Assembly (NCBI GenBank): GCA_963848305.1
Contig: CAWKDC010000001.1
Location: forward strand, 1,344,001 to 1,408,000
DNA: 64,000 bases
Source of the DNA: an uncultured Gammaproteobacteria bacterium
GTDB lineage: Bacteria > Pseudomonadota > Gammaproteobacteria > JABCZS01
Direction: 5' to 3'
Shown one piece after another: positions 42,140-50,433 of the stretch. A program made the translations under genes and the position numbers. The first letter of the stretch is position 1, and every line of letters begins with the position of its first letter. The notes below the pieces were generated by a model that was given only the letters and a program-made list of their open reading frames with translations, was not told the DNA's origin and ran no database searches.

Positions 42140-42808
42140 TCATCCCCGTCCCTGCACGTCATACAAGACCACTGGCCCGATAATCTGATGGGCCACAGGG
42201 TCGTAAAAGAGGGTATCTGATCCAGCGCTTGTGGGTTTGAGCTGCCAGCGGGGCGGATCAATGCAGATTTCACGTAAGGATAGCGAGCCCTCTTGTACCA
42301 TTTTAATCACCACCAAATCCCCATCGAGTGGACTGGCGGCAGGGTCGACCGTGAAGAGGGTGCCGAGGGGAAAGCGGGGGTGCATGGATGGCTTGCTTTT
42401 GAGCACAAACGCCTGCTCGCTGACAGGATGCTTCAGCAGGACGGTGTGCCAATCGCGCCATTCAGACAGATCCAGCGAGGCCACTGCATTCGCGTGGGCA
42501 GCCGATTGCCAGTCAAGAATAGGCAAAAATTGCGGTTTGGTTTGAATGTTCATGATTTGCACCGGAGCTTGTGGGTTATCATCAATGAGTGCGTCGATGG
42601 AGACTTGGAAGTGATCCGCCAGTTGTTTCAAGGTTGAAATATGTGGATCGGCCGTTTCGCCAGAGCTGAGCCGGCGCACGGTGAGGACAGGCAAGCCCAG
42701 CGCAGCAGCGACATCTGCCTCGCTGGTTCTGCGATCATGGATCAAGCGAGACAGGTTGCGCGCGAGCCCCTGGGGTTCTGGTTTTTTGAGTGTTTTCGAA
42801 TGTGCCAT
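42140..42808 (-). CDS. XRE-family HTH plus S24 peptidase-like (CI/LexA-like) regulator
   Basis: HTH ...VAAALGLPVLTVRRLSSGETADPHISTLKQLADHF; S24-like PSMHPRFPLGT...DGDLVV. Confidence 0.85.
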   Translation of the reverse strand: MAHSKTLKKPEPQGLARNLSRLIHDRRTSEADVAAALGLPVLTVRRLSSGETADPHISTLKQLADHFQVSIDALIDDNPQAPVQIMNIQTKPQFLPILDWQSAAHANAVASLDLSEWRDWHTVLLKHPVSEQAFVLKSKPSMHPRFPLGTLFTVDPAASPLDGDLVVIKMVQEGSLSLREICIDPPRWQLKPTSAGSDTLFYDPVAHQIIGPVVLYDVQGRG

Positions 42809-42876
42809 GATAAAATCCGCAAATGAAAAAAGAAACAACAATGATAGTGAGTATATCACCAATGATTTGAAATGAT

Positions 42877-43596
42877 CTACTTTGAGAGCAACCCAGGCTC
42901 ATCTGAAAAAACACCTGCCACACCCATCGCCAGCAATGCGGCGGCTCGAGCGGCATCATTGACCGTGAAACACAATACTTGGTAGCCGCGTGACTTCAAT
43001 GTGTCGATCAATGATTGGCTGGCCCAGGCTTGATTGATATGAATCGTGTCAAAGGGAATTCGGCTAGCCAGGCCGATGTCCAGACCGCGCTCATCCTCGC
43101 ATAACCATCCATAATGGTATTGAGGCGCCTGTGCATAGGCTGCTTCGAGTGCGAGCATGGAAAAACTGGAGATTAAAATATTTTCTGCGGGAAAGCCGGT
43201 CTCTATCACCGTTTGCATGGAGATAACCGCCGTGTCTGTTTCCATCCCTGGGGCTGGTTTCAACTCGAGATTTAAACCCATATGATTGTCAGCCAGAAAA
43301 GCCAATAAATCCGTTAATCGTGGAATTCTTTCGCCTTGAAATGCAGGCGAGAAAAAACTGCCTGCATCACATTGTTCAATTTGTGCGATCGTGTACTCAT
43401 TGACGAGCGCATCAACCCCGGTGGTGCGCAGCAAGGAATCATCATGATGAAGCACGGGGATAAAATCTTTGGTTAAACGGACATCTGTTTCCACCCAAGT
43501 GGCCCCCAAATCACGGGCTTTTCGGAAGGCAGCGATCGTATTTTCAGGTGCGTATCGTGACGCCCCTCGGTGGGCAATCAGTGGGGGTAATCTCAT
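42877..43596 (-). CDS. ugpQ: Glycerophosphodiester phosphodiesterase
   Basis: IAHRGASRYAPENTIAAF, ETDVRLTKD, HDDSLLRTT, NLELK. Confidence 0.9.
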   Translation of the reverse strand: MRLPPLIAHRGASRYAPENTIAAFRKARDLGATWVETDVRLTKDFIPVLHHDDSLLRTTGVDALVNEYTIAQIEQCDAGSFFSPAFQGERIPRLTDLLAFLADNHMGLNLELKPAPGMETDTAVISMQTVIETGFPAENILISSFSMLALEAAYAQAPQYHYGWLCEDERGLDIGLASRIPFDTIHINQAWASQSLIDTLKSRGYQVLCFTVNDAARAAALLAMGVAGVFSDEPGLLSK

Positions 43597-44162
43597 TTCG
43601 CTTCAACCATATAAGCAATAATGGGTGCTGCGGTGGCATCATCAAATTCACATGCCGCTTCAATGCCCGCGCGTGCGACGTCTTCAGCAGACAGGGCTTT
43701 GTCTTCATAACATTGGAACATGGCGCCGAGGGCAAATTCATTGCCCGACCCATAGGAATAAAAGCGTTCAAATTCTTGGACATCTCGATAAGAGCCGACT
43801 GCAAAAATACCGCGTGGATTGACGATCAAAATATATAAGCTGCTGGGTTCAAAACCGCTTTCCTCTTCATTGCTTTCGAAATGGTAGAAGTCTTTCAGTT
43901 GTTGTTGAAAGTTGCGGAATGTTAAAAAGATATCATCGACGCTGTCAAACGAAAATGTTTCTTGTGTTGTGGTAAAATGATGCCGCAGTGCCAATATGCC
44001 TGCTGCAGGGCCTGTGACGGCTAAATAGCTGTCATTCACTTGAAGGATTTTGTTGTGGTTCACAACGTATTTCGCAGGGTTCTTCTCGTTTCCCCATTTG
44101 ATGAGGGTATCGCAAGCGATAGCAATTTGGTTACCTTTACGAACGGCTGTGACGGTCGACAT
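43593..44162 (-). CDS. Proteasome-like Ntn-hydrolase (BPH/HslV-like family)
   Basis: M-ST-V..IAIACDT, conserved Lys (NKIL), YGSGNEFALGAM, AGIEAACEFD. Confidence 0.8.
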   Translation of the reverse strand: MSTVTAVRKGNQIAIACDTLIKWGNEKNPAKYVVNHNKILQVNDSYLAVTGPAAGILALRHHFTTTQETFSFDSVDDIFLTFRNFQQQLKDFYHFESNEEESGFEPSSLYILIVNPRGIFAVGSYRDVQEFERFYSYGSGNEFALGAMFQCYEDKALSAEDVARAGIEAACEFDDATAAPIIAYMVEAK

Positions 44163-44230
44163 GTGTGGTCATCAACAAGTTTGGAAATGGTAAAGGGATA
44201 CTAGCACAGATTTTTTTAAAGAGGTTGCCC

Positions 44231-46381
44231 ATGAAAGCAGACATTATCGCGTCATTGAATGAAGAACAACGCGCCGCAGTCACCGCGGACGCGCAGCATT
44301 TAGTTGTGCTGGCAGGGGCAGGCAGCGGCAAAACGCGCGTGTTGGTGCACCGGATTGCTTGGGTGCTTCAAACATATGGTTTGTCGCCACATGCAATATT
44401 GGCGGTCACCTTTACCAATAAAGCCGCTGCACAAATGCGTGAACGGATTGAAACGTTATTGGGCATGTCGGTGATGGGCATGTGGGTGGGCACTTTCCAC
44501 GGCTTATCGCACCGATTATTGCGTCAACACTGGGCTGAAGCAGGATTGCCGCAGGGGTTTGGCGTGTTGGATAGTGATGATCAACAGCGTCTGATCAAGC
44601 GGATCATGAAACAACTTGAGATTGAGGACGATCGCTTTCCCGTTCGGCAAGTGCAACATTATATCAATCAAAAAAAAGATGAAGGTTTGCGCGCGGCGCA
44701 TGTCGCACCAGGTTATGATTTGCAAAGCCGCACGATGCACAGCATTTATGTCGCTTATGAAGAAGCGTGCCAACGCATGGGGCTTGTGGATTTTGCTGAA
44801 TTATTATTGCGTTCACACGAATTGTGGCGCAATCATCCTGACATTCTGGCGCATTATCGTCAGCGTTTTGCTCATATATTGGTGGATGAGTTTCAAGACA
44901 CCAACAGTATTCAATACGCCTGGTTGCGCGCCTTGATGGGGTCAGATAACCACATGATGATCGTGGGGGATGATGATCAGTCCATTTACGGCTGGCGTGG
45001 CGCGAAGGACAATATTCATCGCTTCACACAAGATTATCCTGACGCAGTGATTGTGCGCTTGGAACAAAATTATCGTTCCACACAAACAATATTAGAAGCA
45101 GCCAATCACCTTATCCGTTTCAACGATAATCGCATGGGCAAAGAATTATGGACACAATCGAAAGGTGGCGATTTGATTGATGTGTACAGTGCCTTCAGTG
45201 AAATCGATGAAGCACATTATGTGGTTTCACGTATTCAGCAATGGTACAGTCATCACGGGCGCTATCAAGATGCCGCGATTTTATACCGTTCCAATGCGCA
45301 ATCTCGTGTGCTGGAAGAATCATTGATCCGCGCCGGCATCCCCTATCGCATATTTGGTGGTTTGCGATTTTTTGAACGTGCGGAAATCAAAGATGCATTG
45401 GCCTATTTAAGATTGCTCGAGCACCCTGAAGATGATGTTGCCTTCGAACGCGTGGTGAATTTACCCGTGCGTGGCATTGGTGATCGCACATTGGATGAAC
45501 TGCGCGGTTTCGCGCGCACGAGTGAAAAGCCTTTATGGCATGCGGCGATTGAACTATTGAAAATATCACATTTTTCAGCACGTGCAGGTGCTGCGTTGCA
45601 ACATTTTATTGATTTGATTGTAGGCATTAAAGAAAGTATTGAAGAATTGCCTTTGGCTGAACAAATTGCGATCACCTTAGAAGCGAGTGGATTATTAGAG
45701 CATTATCGTTCACAAAAAGGTGAAAAAGCACAAACCAAATTGGAAAACTTGGAAGAATTGATCACAGCCGGTCAACAATTTGAAATGCCCGATGGAGAAG
45801 CCTCTGCGACACCTTTGCAGGCTTTTTTAAGTCAAGCTGCCTTAGAATCCGGTGATGCGCAAGCTGCTGCATTCAGTGACGCAGTTCAACTCATGACATT
45901 GCACAGCGCCAAAGGGTTGGAATTTCCGTTAGTCTTTTTAACCGGAATGGAAGAAGGTTTATTCCCGCATGAAATGTCGCACAGCGAACCTGGTCGTTTG
46001 GAAGAAGAGCGCCGCTTGTGTTACGTCGGCATGACACGTGCGATGCAGAAATTGGTTTTAGTGTATGCGCAATCACGCATGTTGCACGGGCGTCAAATGT
46101 ACAGTCGTCCATCACGTTTTTTATCTGAATTGCCACCAGCATGTTTGAATGAAGTACGCGTCACGCGGTCACAATCGGTTGTGCAGCAAATTTTAAAGAA
46201 ACCTGTTGTGACAGATTATCCTTTTCGCTTGGGCGCGCGTGTCACACATCCAAAATTTGGTGAAGGCGTCATCACGCAATTTGAAGGCGAAGGCGAACAT
46301 GCCCGCGTGCAGGTCAAATTCAAAACCAATGGGGTGAAGTGGTTAGTGCTGGGGTATGCGAAATTGGAAAAAGCGTTGTAG
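44231..46381 (+). CDS. uvrD: DNA helicase II
   Basis: AGAGSGKTRVL, TFTNKAA, DEFQDTN, LEQNYRS, MTLHSAKGLEF, EEERRLCYVGMTRA and a C-terminal Tudor-like domain; RBS before ATG 44231. Confidence 0.96.
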   Translation: MKADIIASLNEEQRAAVTADAQHLVVLAGAGSGKTRVLVHRIAWVLQTYGLSPHAILAVTFTNKAAAQMRERIETLLGMSVMGMWVGTFHGLSHRLLRQHWAEAGLPQGFGVLDSDDQQRLIKRIMKQLEIEDDRFPVRQVQHYINQKKDEGLRAAHVAPGYDLQSRTMHSIYVAYEEACQRMGLVDFAELLLRSHELWRNHPDILAHYRQRFAHILVDEFQDTNSIQYAWLRALMGSDNHMMIVGDDDQSIYGWRGAKDNIHRFTQDYPDAVIVRLEQNYRSTQTILEAANHLIRFNDNRMGKELWTQSKGGDLIDVYSAFSEIDEAHYVVSRIQQWYSHHGRYQDAAILYRSNAQSRVLEESLIRAGIPYRIFGGLRFFERAEIKDALAYLRLLEHPEDDVAFERVVNLPVRGIGDRTLDELRGFARTSEKPLWHAAIELLKISHFSARAGAALQHFIDLIVGIKESIEELPLAEQIAITLEASGLLEHYRSQKGEKAQTKLENLEELITAGQQFEMPDGEASATPLQAFLSQAALESGDAQAAAFSDAVQLMTLHSAKGLEFPLVFLTGMEEGLFPHEMSHSEPGRLEEERRLCYVGMTRAMQKLVLVYAQSRMLHGRQMYSRPSRFLSELPPACLNEVRVTRSQSVVQQILKKPVVTDYPFRLGARVTHPKFGEGVITQFEGEGEHARVQVKFKTNGVKWLVLGYAKLEKAL

Positions 46382-46403
46382 AGGCGGGTACTCCCGCCCA
46401 TAC
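46378..46403. repeat. GTAG-type REP-like palindrome between convergent uvrD and zapE
   Basis: GTAGAGGCGGGTACTCCCGCCCATAC, a variant of the 2991 and 63609 element. Confidence 0.75.
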
Positions 46404-46408
46404 AACCG

Positions 46409-47455
46409 TTACAAACTTTTCATCATCTCCCTCAATCTGCTTGCCGTTCTTAAAAATTCCCCACGCAATAGATCCCCTGTATAAAGCCGATCAACATCGA
46501 CAGATGCGCTGAATACCAAATGGGCATGATTGTCATATAAAACATCAATCAGGTGAACAAATCGCCGTGTCGCATTGACATCATTGTCGGATAATCTTGG
46601 CACATGTGTGATAAAAAAAGTATCGTATTGTTTCACCAAGGTTAAATAATCTGGCGTTGAACGCGCCGTTTTACAAATCGCGTCAAATTCAAACCAAATC
46701 ATGCGGTGCGCAAGGGCGCGGGTGCGAATGGGGCGTTCATCTATGATGATCTCAGTCTCGCGTTCGATGTTGCCAGTGGCTAAACGGTTAAATAACGCAT
46801 CGATGTCAGCGAGTGCTTGATCAGGTAAACAGGTGGCTTCGTGTTTCAAAGTGCGTTGACGATAATCTTCACCGTGATCGACCAGCAATACTGTGCAATG
46901 CGCTTGAATTGCTTCGATCGCTTTTAAAAATAATTGTCGTTGCACGCCGTTTTTGTAGAGTTCGTTGGGATGTGTATTCGAGGTAGTGATCAATACAATG
47001 CCCGATTTGAAAAAGGTATTTAATAATTCGCCGAGGATCAGCGCATCTGCCACATCATCGACCGTGCATTCATCTAAACATAAGACTCTACACCCACTTC
47101 GCCATTTTTTTGCAATGATCCGGAGAGGGCCCGCTTGTCCGGCGTGCTGATTGATGGCCTGATGGATTGTGTGCATGAAATCATGAAAGTGCATTCTTTT
47201 TTTATCGGGAATATTCAATGTGTTGAAAAATAAATCCATCAATAATGTTTTACCGCGCCCCACGCCGCCCCACAAATACATCCCCTTTAAAGAAGTGGGA
47301 TGCCATGTTTGCCACCAGCGCCGTATGCCTGAATGCTCCAGGGATTGTGCGAGGGCAGCCAGTGCTTCTAGACACGTTTGTTGTGAAGGGTCTAGCACCA
47401 CGTTTCTGGCATGGAGCTGATCTTGGTAGCGGTTGGAGGGTGTTGATGTCAACAT
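46409..47455 (-). CDS. zapE: Cell division ATPase ZapE (AFG1 family)
   Basis: GMYLWGGVGRGKTLLMDLF, TSNTHPNELYKNG, RRFVHLIDVLYD, RTASRLREM. Confidence 0.93.
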   Translation of the reverse strand: MLTSTPSNRYQDQLHARNVVLDPSQQTCLEALAALAQSLEHSGIRRWWQTWHPTSLKGMYLWGGVGRGKTLLMDLFFNTLNIPDKKRMHFHDFMHTIHQAINQHAGQAGPLRIIAKKWRSGCRVLCLDECTVDDVADALILGELLNTFFKSGIVLITTSNTHPNELYKNGVQRQLFLKAIEAIQAHCTVLLVDHGEDYRQRTLKHEATCLPDQALADIDALFNRLATGNIERETEIIIDERPIRTRALAHRMIWFEFDAICKTARSTPDYLTLVKQYDTFFITHVPRLSDNDVNATRRFVHLIDVLYDNHAHLVFSASVDVDRLYTGDLLRGEFLRTASRLREMMKSL

Positions 47456-47458
47456 TGC

Positions 47459-48325
47459 TTACTTCACCTTCTGATTAATTTTCTGACCGTAATCATTCAT
47501 CAACCCTGTTAAAAAAGGCCAAAAGTTTTCTTGTTCTAATGTTTTTCGATATAATTCGGGCGGTAGAAAACGAGTCATTTCCTGATAAAATTCATGTTTT
47601 AGTTTTGGCTCATTGTTTAAATGCTGACATCGATCATGTAATGAGGTGAGAAAATCATTGATTTCTTTATGATGATTGTCGATTTTCAAAGGAATTAAAT
47701 CAAATGGAAGATCGACATTTTGTTGATGCAACCAAACTATGTCCCACAAATCACGGTATTTTATCCGATTGGGGCGAAAAGCAAATGCCAGAAATTTATC
47801 TGCAAATATTTCTTCACGACTCTCTGCATCAACAATGAGACCACTTGTGCCCATATCGACACCATAAGGATTTAATAGCACCATAGGTTTTACCTGATAA
47901 CTGGGAACCGCGCAAATATCAATATTTATCCGTTGAGATGGCATCTCTTTTCGACCAGGTCTTGTTTGGACTCGCAATGTCCATGTATCGACATTGCCCA
48001 GTTCACGTATAGGTTCTTTGATTTCTACTTTTAATCCATATTTATTCGCCAAGGATTCAGTGAGAATATGGGTCATGTTTGATAGTGTTTTGCGATCAAA
48101 ATCTGCGCCGCCAGTAAAGTTCAAATCCTCACTGAGCCGTTCTGATCCATAACATGCTCGCAAACATGTGCCTCCAATGAATGTGAGACCAGACAACAAT
48201 TCTGCTTCACTGAGTGTTCTGAAAATATCGTGGTGTAATAATTCTTTTTCAACCACGATGCGCAGATCAGACAACCCTTTGTTATTCGTTAATGCTTCTT
48301 CGACGATTTGATCAAATAAGTTCAT
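47459..48325 (-). CDS. abiEii: AbiEii/AbiGii nucleotidyltransferase toxin (type IV TA)
   Basis: VVEKELLH, FIGGTCLRACYGSERLSEDL, EIFADK, RDLWD. Confidence 0.88.
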   Translation of the reverse strand: MNLFDQIVEEALTNNKGLSDLRIVVEKELLHHDIFRTLSEAELLSGLTFIGGTCLRACYGSERLSEDLNFTGGADFDRKTLSNMTHILTESLANKYGLKVEIKEPIRELGNVDTWTLRVQTRPGRKEMPSQRINIDICAVPSYQVKPMVLLNPYGVDMGTSGLIVDAESREEIFADKFLAFAFRPNRIKYRDLWDIVWLHQQNVDLPFDLIPLKIDNHHKEINDFLTSLHDRCQHLNNEPKLKHEFYQEMTRFLPPELYRKTLEQENFWPFLTGLMNDYGQKINQKVK

Positions 48326-48860
48326 CCACAACACTCCAATCTATTAAATCAAGATTCCGCTTCGCGGCTTTCATGTCCTGTATGGCCAATGCTGTATGCG
48401 CTCGCCATAAACCACAGCGATCATCATAACTTAATTTTCCCACCAAATCTTCAGCCCTTTTTTGCGTGTGCACAAATTCAATCGTCCCAAATCGACCGCA
48501 CGAAATACGGTTGCTTCGACCAGAGGACATCATTGTGATCCAATTCATAGGAATTTGTGAAATCACGCCAGAATCGCTCAGAGCTGTTTCAAGGCTAATA
48601 TAATTCAAGCAGCCTGCCCGTAGCCGTGCAGCGGCATGAAACAAGAGTAAACCATCTCGACGCATGGCCTGAGGATGAATGTATAATCCTCGACAGATAC
48701 GTTCTAAATATCCCTGACTTGTTGCCCGGGAGAGCATTGTTTTAAAGGCATCGTCTGAAAGATCTTTTGCCAAGACACGCAGATCACTGGGTGTGAAAAG
48801 GTAATGCTGAGGACTTGCCAGCGCATTTAACGTGGTCATGAAACGTCTGATGGGTTGCAT
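48312..48860 (-). CDS. abiEi: AbiEi antitoxin (wHTH)
   Basis: LERICRGLY, YISLETALSDSGVISQIP; overlaps the downstream abiEii. Confidence 0.88.
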   Translation of the reverse strand: MQPIRRFMTTLNALASPQHYLFTPSDLRVLAKDLSDDAFKTMLSRATSQGYLERICRGLYIHPQAMRRDGLLLFHAAARLRAGCLNYISLETALSDSGVISQIPMNWITMMSSGRSNRISCGRFGTIEFVHTQKRAEDLVGKLSYDDRCGLWRAHTALAIQDMKAAKRNLDLIDWSVVDELI

Positions 48861-48873
48861 GGGCGTTTAACTC

Positions 48874-48898
48874 TACAGTAAGTTACAGTAAGTGTAAC
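48874..48898. promoter_or_regulatory. Putative AbiEi operator
   Basis: TACAGTAAGT twice in tandem, overlapping the palindrome GTTACA-N5-TGTAAC, 14-38 nt upstream of abiEi. Confidence 0.45.
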
Positions 48899-49236
48899 CT
48901 AGTGTTGAGCAATAGGCAAATTGTTCAGTATGAAATCATAGCCAAAGTCTCTTGACTGTTGTATCTTCCTGGATACCATGTTAAATGGATTGCAACTATG
49001 CGTCAGACCAGAAACATCATTTTGTGTAAAATCGTGCCCTCCGTTTCCTCCCAGCAAGTGATTTTTAACAATAACAAAATCATTAATGATTTATTTCATT
49101 AAGTGAGCTATTTAGCCTTGATTTTTTCCCCTTTTGGGATAGACTGTTAACTGTTGGTTGAGTCACAACAGGGATGTCGCGTCAAGAAAACAAAGCAGCA
49201 CTGTTTCAGCGTCCCTAATATAATGATTTTTTTAAC

Positions 49237-49265
49237 TTGATTTTGTCATCTAAACAGAATAGCAT
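49237..49265 (+). promoter_or_regulatory. sigma70-like promoter of the first 4-TM orphan
   Basis: TTGATT-17 nt-TAGCAT followed by an AGGAG RBS. Confidence 0.45.
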
Positions 49266-49300
49266 GGTCACATGGGTTCGATATCACAGGAGCTTTTATA

Positions 49301-49786
49301 ATGGCTTTACTCAATATTCCACTTCCCGTACAAGCAGGTCTTTGGACATTGGCGACGGTTATGGCGGCCTATATTGCGGCTGAAACCCTCATCGAGGGTG
49401 CGTCCCTCACAGGCGATCTTTATGATGAGTCCATGGTGCTTGGGGTGGGAAATGTGCTCTTTGCGATGGGTGCCGGCTTAAAGGTCACCGCGGCTTGTCA
49501 TAATGTTAAAAATAATGATTATCGCCATCATGCAACCCTTCTCGCTTTAGGGGCAGGCCTTGCCTTTTTTGCCGCTGCCCGGGCCATGAACTTGGAGATG
49601 GGTGGAGATCCTGTTGATTCTGTGCCCCATATGCTTGGTTTGGTGGTTTTGTTGAGTTTGTCTGCCTACATGTTCTGGGGCGCACGGCCTTTGCTGAAAC
49701 AGGCAGGGGTGTTTTTATCCAAAGCCGATGAAAATTCAACAGACAGGAAAAATAAGGCAGATGAGGAGCTTAAGTCTGTTTGTTGA
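49301..49786 (+). CDS. Orphan 4-TM membrane protein
   Basis: AGGAG RBS, four hydrophobic helices, charged tail. Confidence 0.75.
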   Translation: MALLNIPLPVQAGLWTLATVMAAYIAAETLIEGASLTGDLYDESMVLGVGNVLFAMGAGLKVTAACHNVKNNDYRHHATLLALGAGLAFFAAARAMNLEMGGDPVDSVPHMLGLVVLLSLSAYMFWGARPLLKQAGVFLSKADENSTDRKNKADEELKSVC

Positions 49787-49811
49787 CAAACTATTTTTGA
49801 TGTGTTAGAGT
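49783..49811 (+). promoter_or_regulatory. sigma70-like promoter of the second 4-TM orphan
   Basis: TTGACA-17 nt-TAGAGT followed by a GAGGAG RBS. Confidence 0.55.
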
Positions 49812-49839
49812 GGGTTATGCAGTTTGAGAGGAGTTTGTC

Positions 49840-50409
49840 ATGTTGAATTTCTTCAAAAATATTCGTATAGAGCACCTTATCGCTATAGGTGCTTATTCTT
49901 TGGGTTCCGTTGTTTTTTTGTCGGCTGGTGTGGCTGCTTTGATGATCAAGGATGATGCTAGGTTTTCGGAACCGGACGCTTTTTATTCCAATGACGAGTA
50001 TGCCCCTATCCTGTTTGCGGTGGCGGGATTGGCACTCTCTATTTCGCTTGCCTTAGCTGCACTTGCCAGGTATGGTAAATCAAAGTCGTCGGAGAAGGAT
50101 GGACCCAATGATCTGGCTTCCTTAGGAGATGTTGGCGTTCCTCCTCTTGCCGGGTTTATGGGGATGGCATGCTTAACGGCATGGGCAGCATTAGGGGTAT
50201 ACAATCATCACGATGAACTGTTATCAGAGACTGGGATAGAGTTCATGGTATGTCTAGTGGGGTCTGCATTAGTGGCTGCGTGGGCTTTATATGAGGCCAA
50301 ACCAGCGCTCAAGGGCATAGCATTGACCCTGTTCACCAATGACAGCAGGTCTTTCTATGACAAATGCAATGAAGATAAGCCCCACGCCCAAACCTCCAAA
50401 TTAATGTAG
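49840..50409 (+). CDS. Orphan 4-TM membrane protein, paralog of 49301..49786
   Basis: GAGGAG RBS, four hydrophobic helices, shared A(R/K)PxLK motif after TM4. Confidence 0.75.
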   Translation: MLNFFKNIRIEHLIAIGAYSLGSVVFLSAGVAALMIKDDARFSEPDAFYSNDEYAPILFAVAGLALSISLALAALARYGKSKSSEKDGPNDLASLGDVGVPPLAGFMGMACLTAWAALGVYNHHDELLSETGIEFMVCLVGSALVAAWALYEAKPALKGIALTLFTNDSRSFYDKCNEDKPHAQTSKLM

Positions 50410-50433
50410 AATGCTCCTATCAAGGAGCTTCTC

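Noticed and set aside
41024-42862. Prophage remnant around the XRE-S24 and Fic genes
   Set aside because: No integrase, structural genes or att sites nearby.
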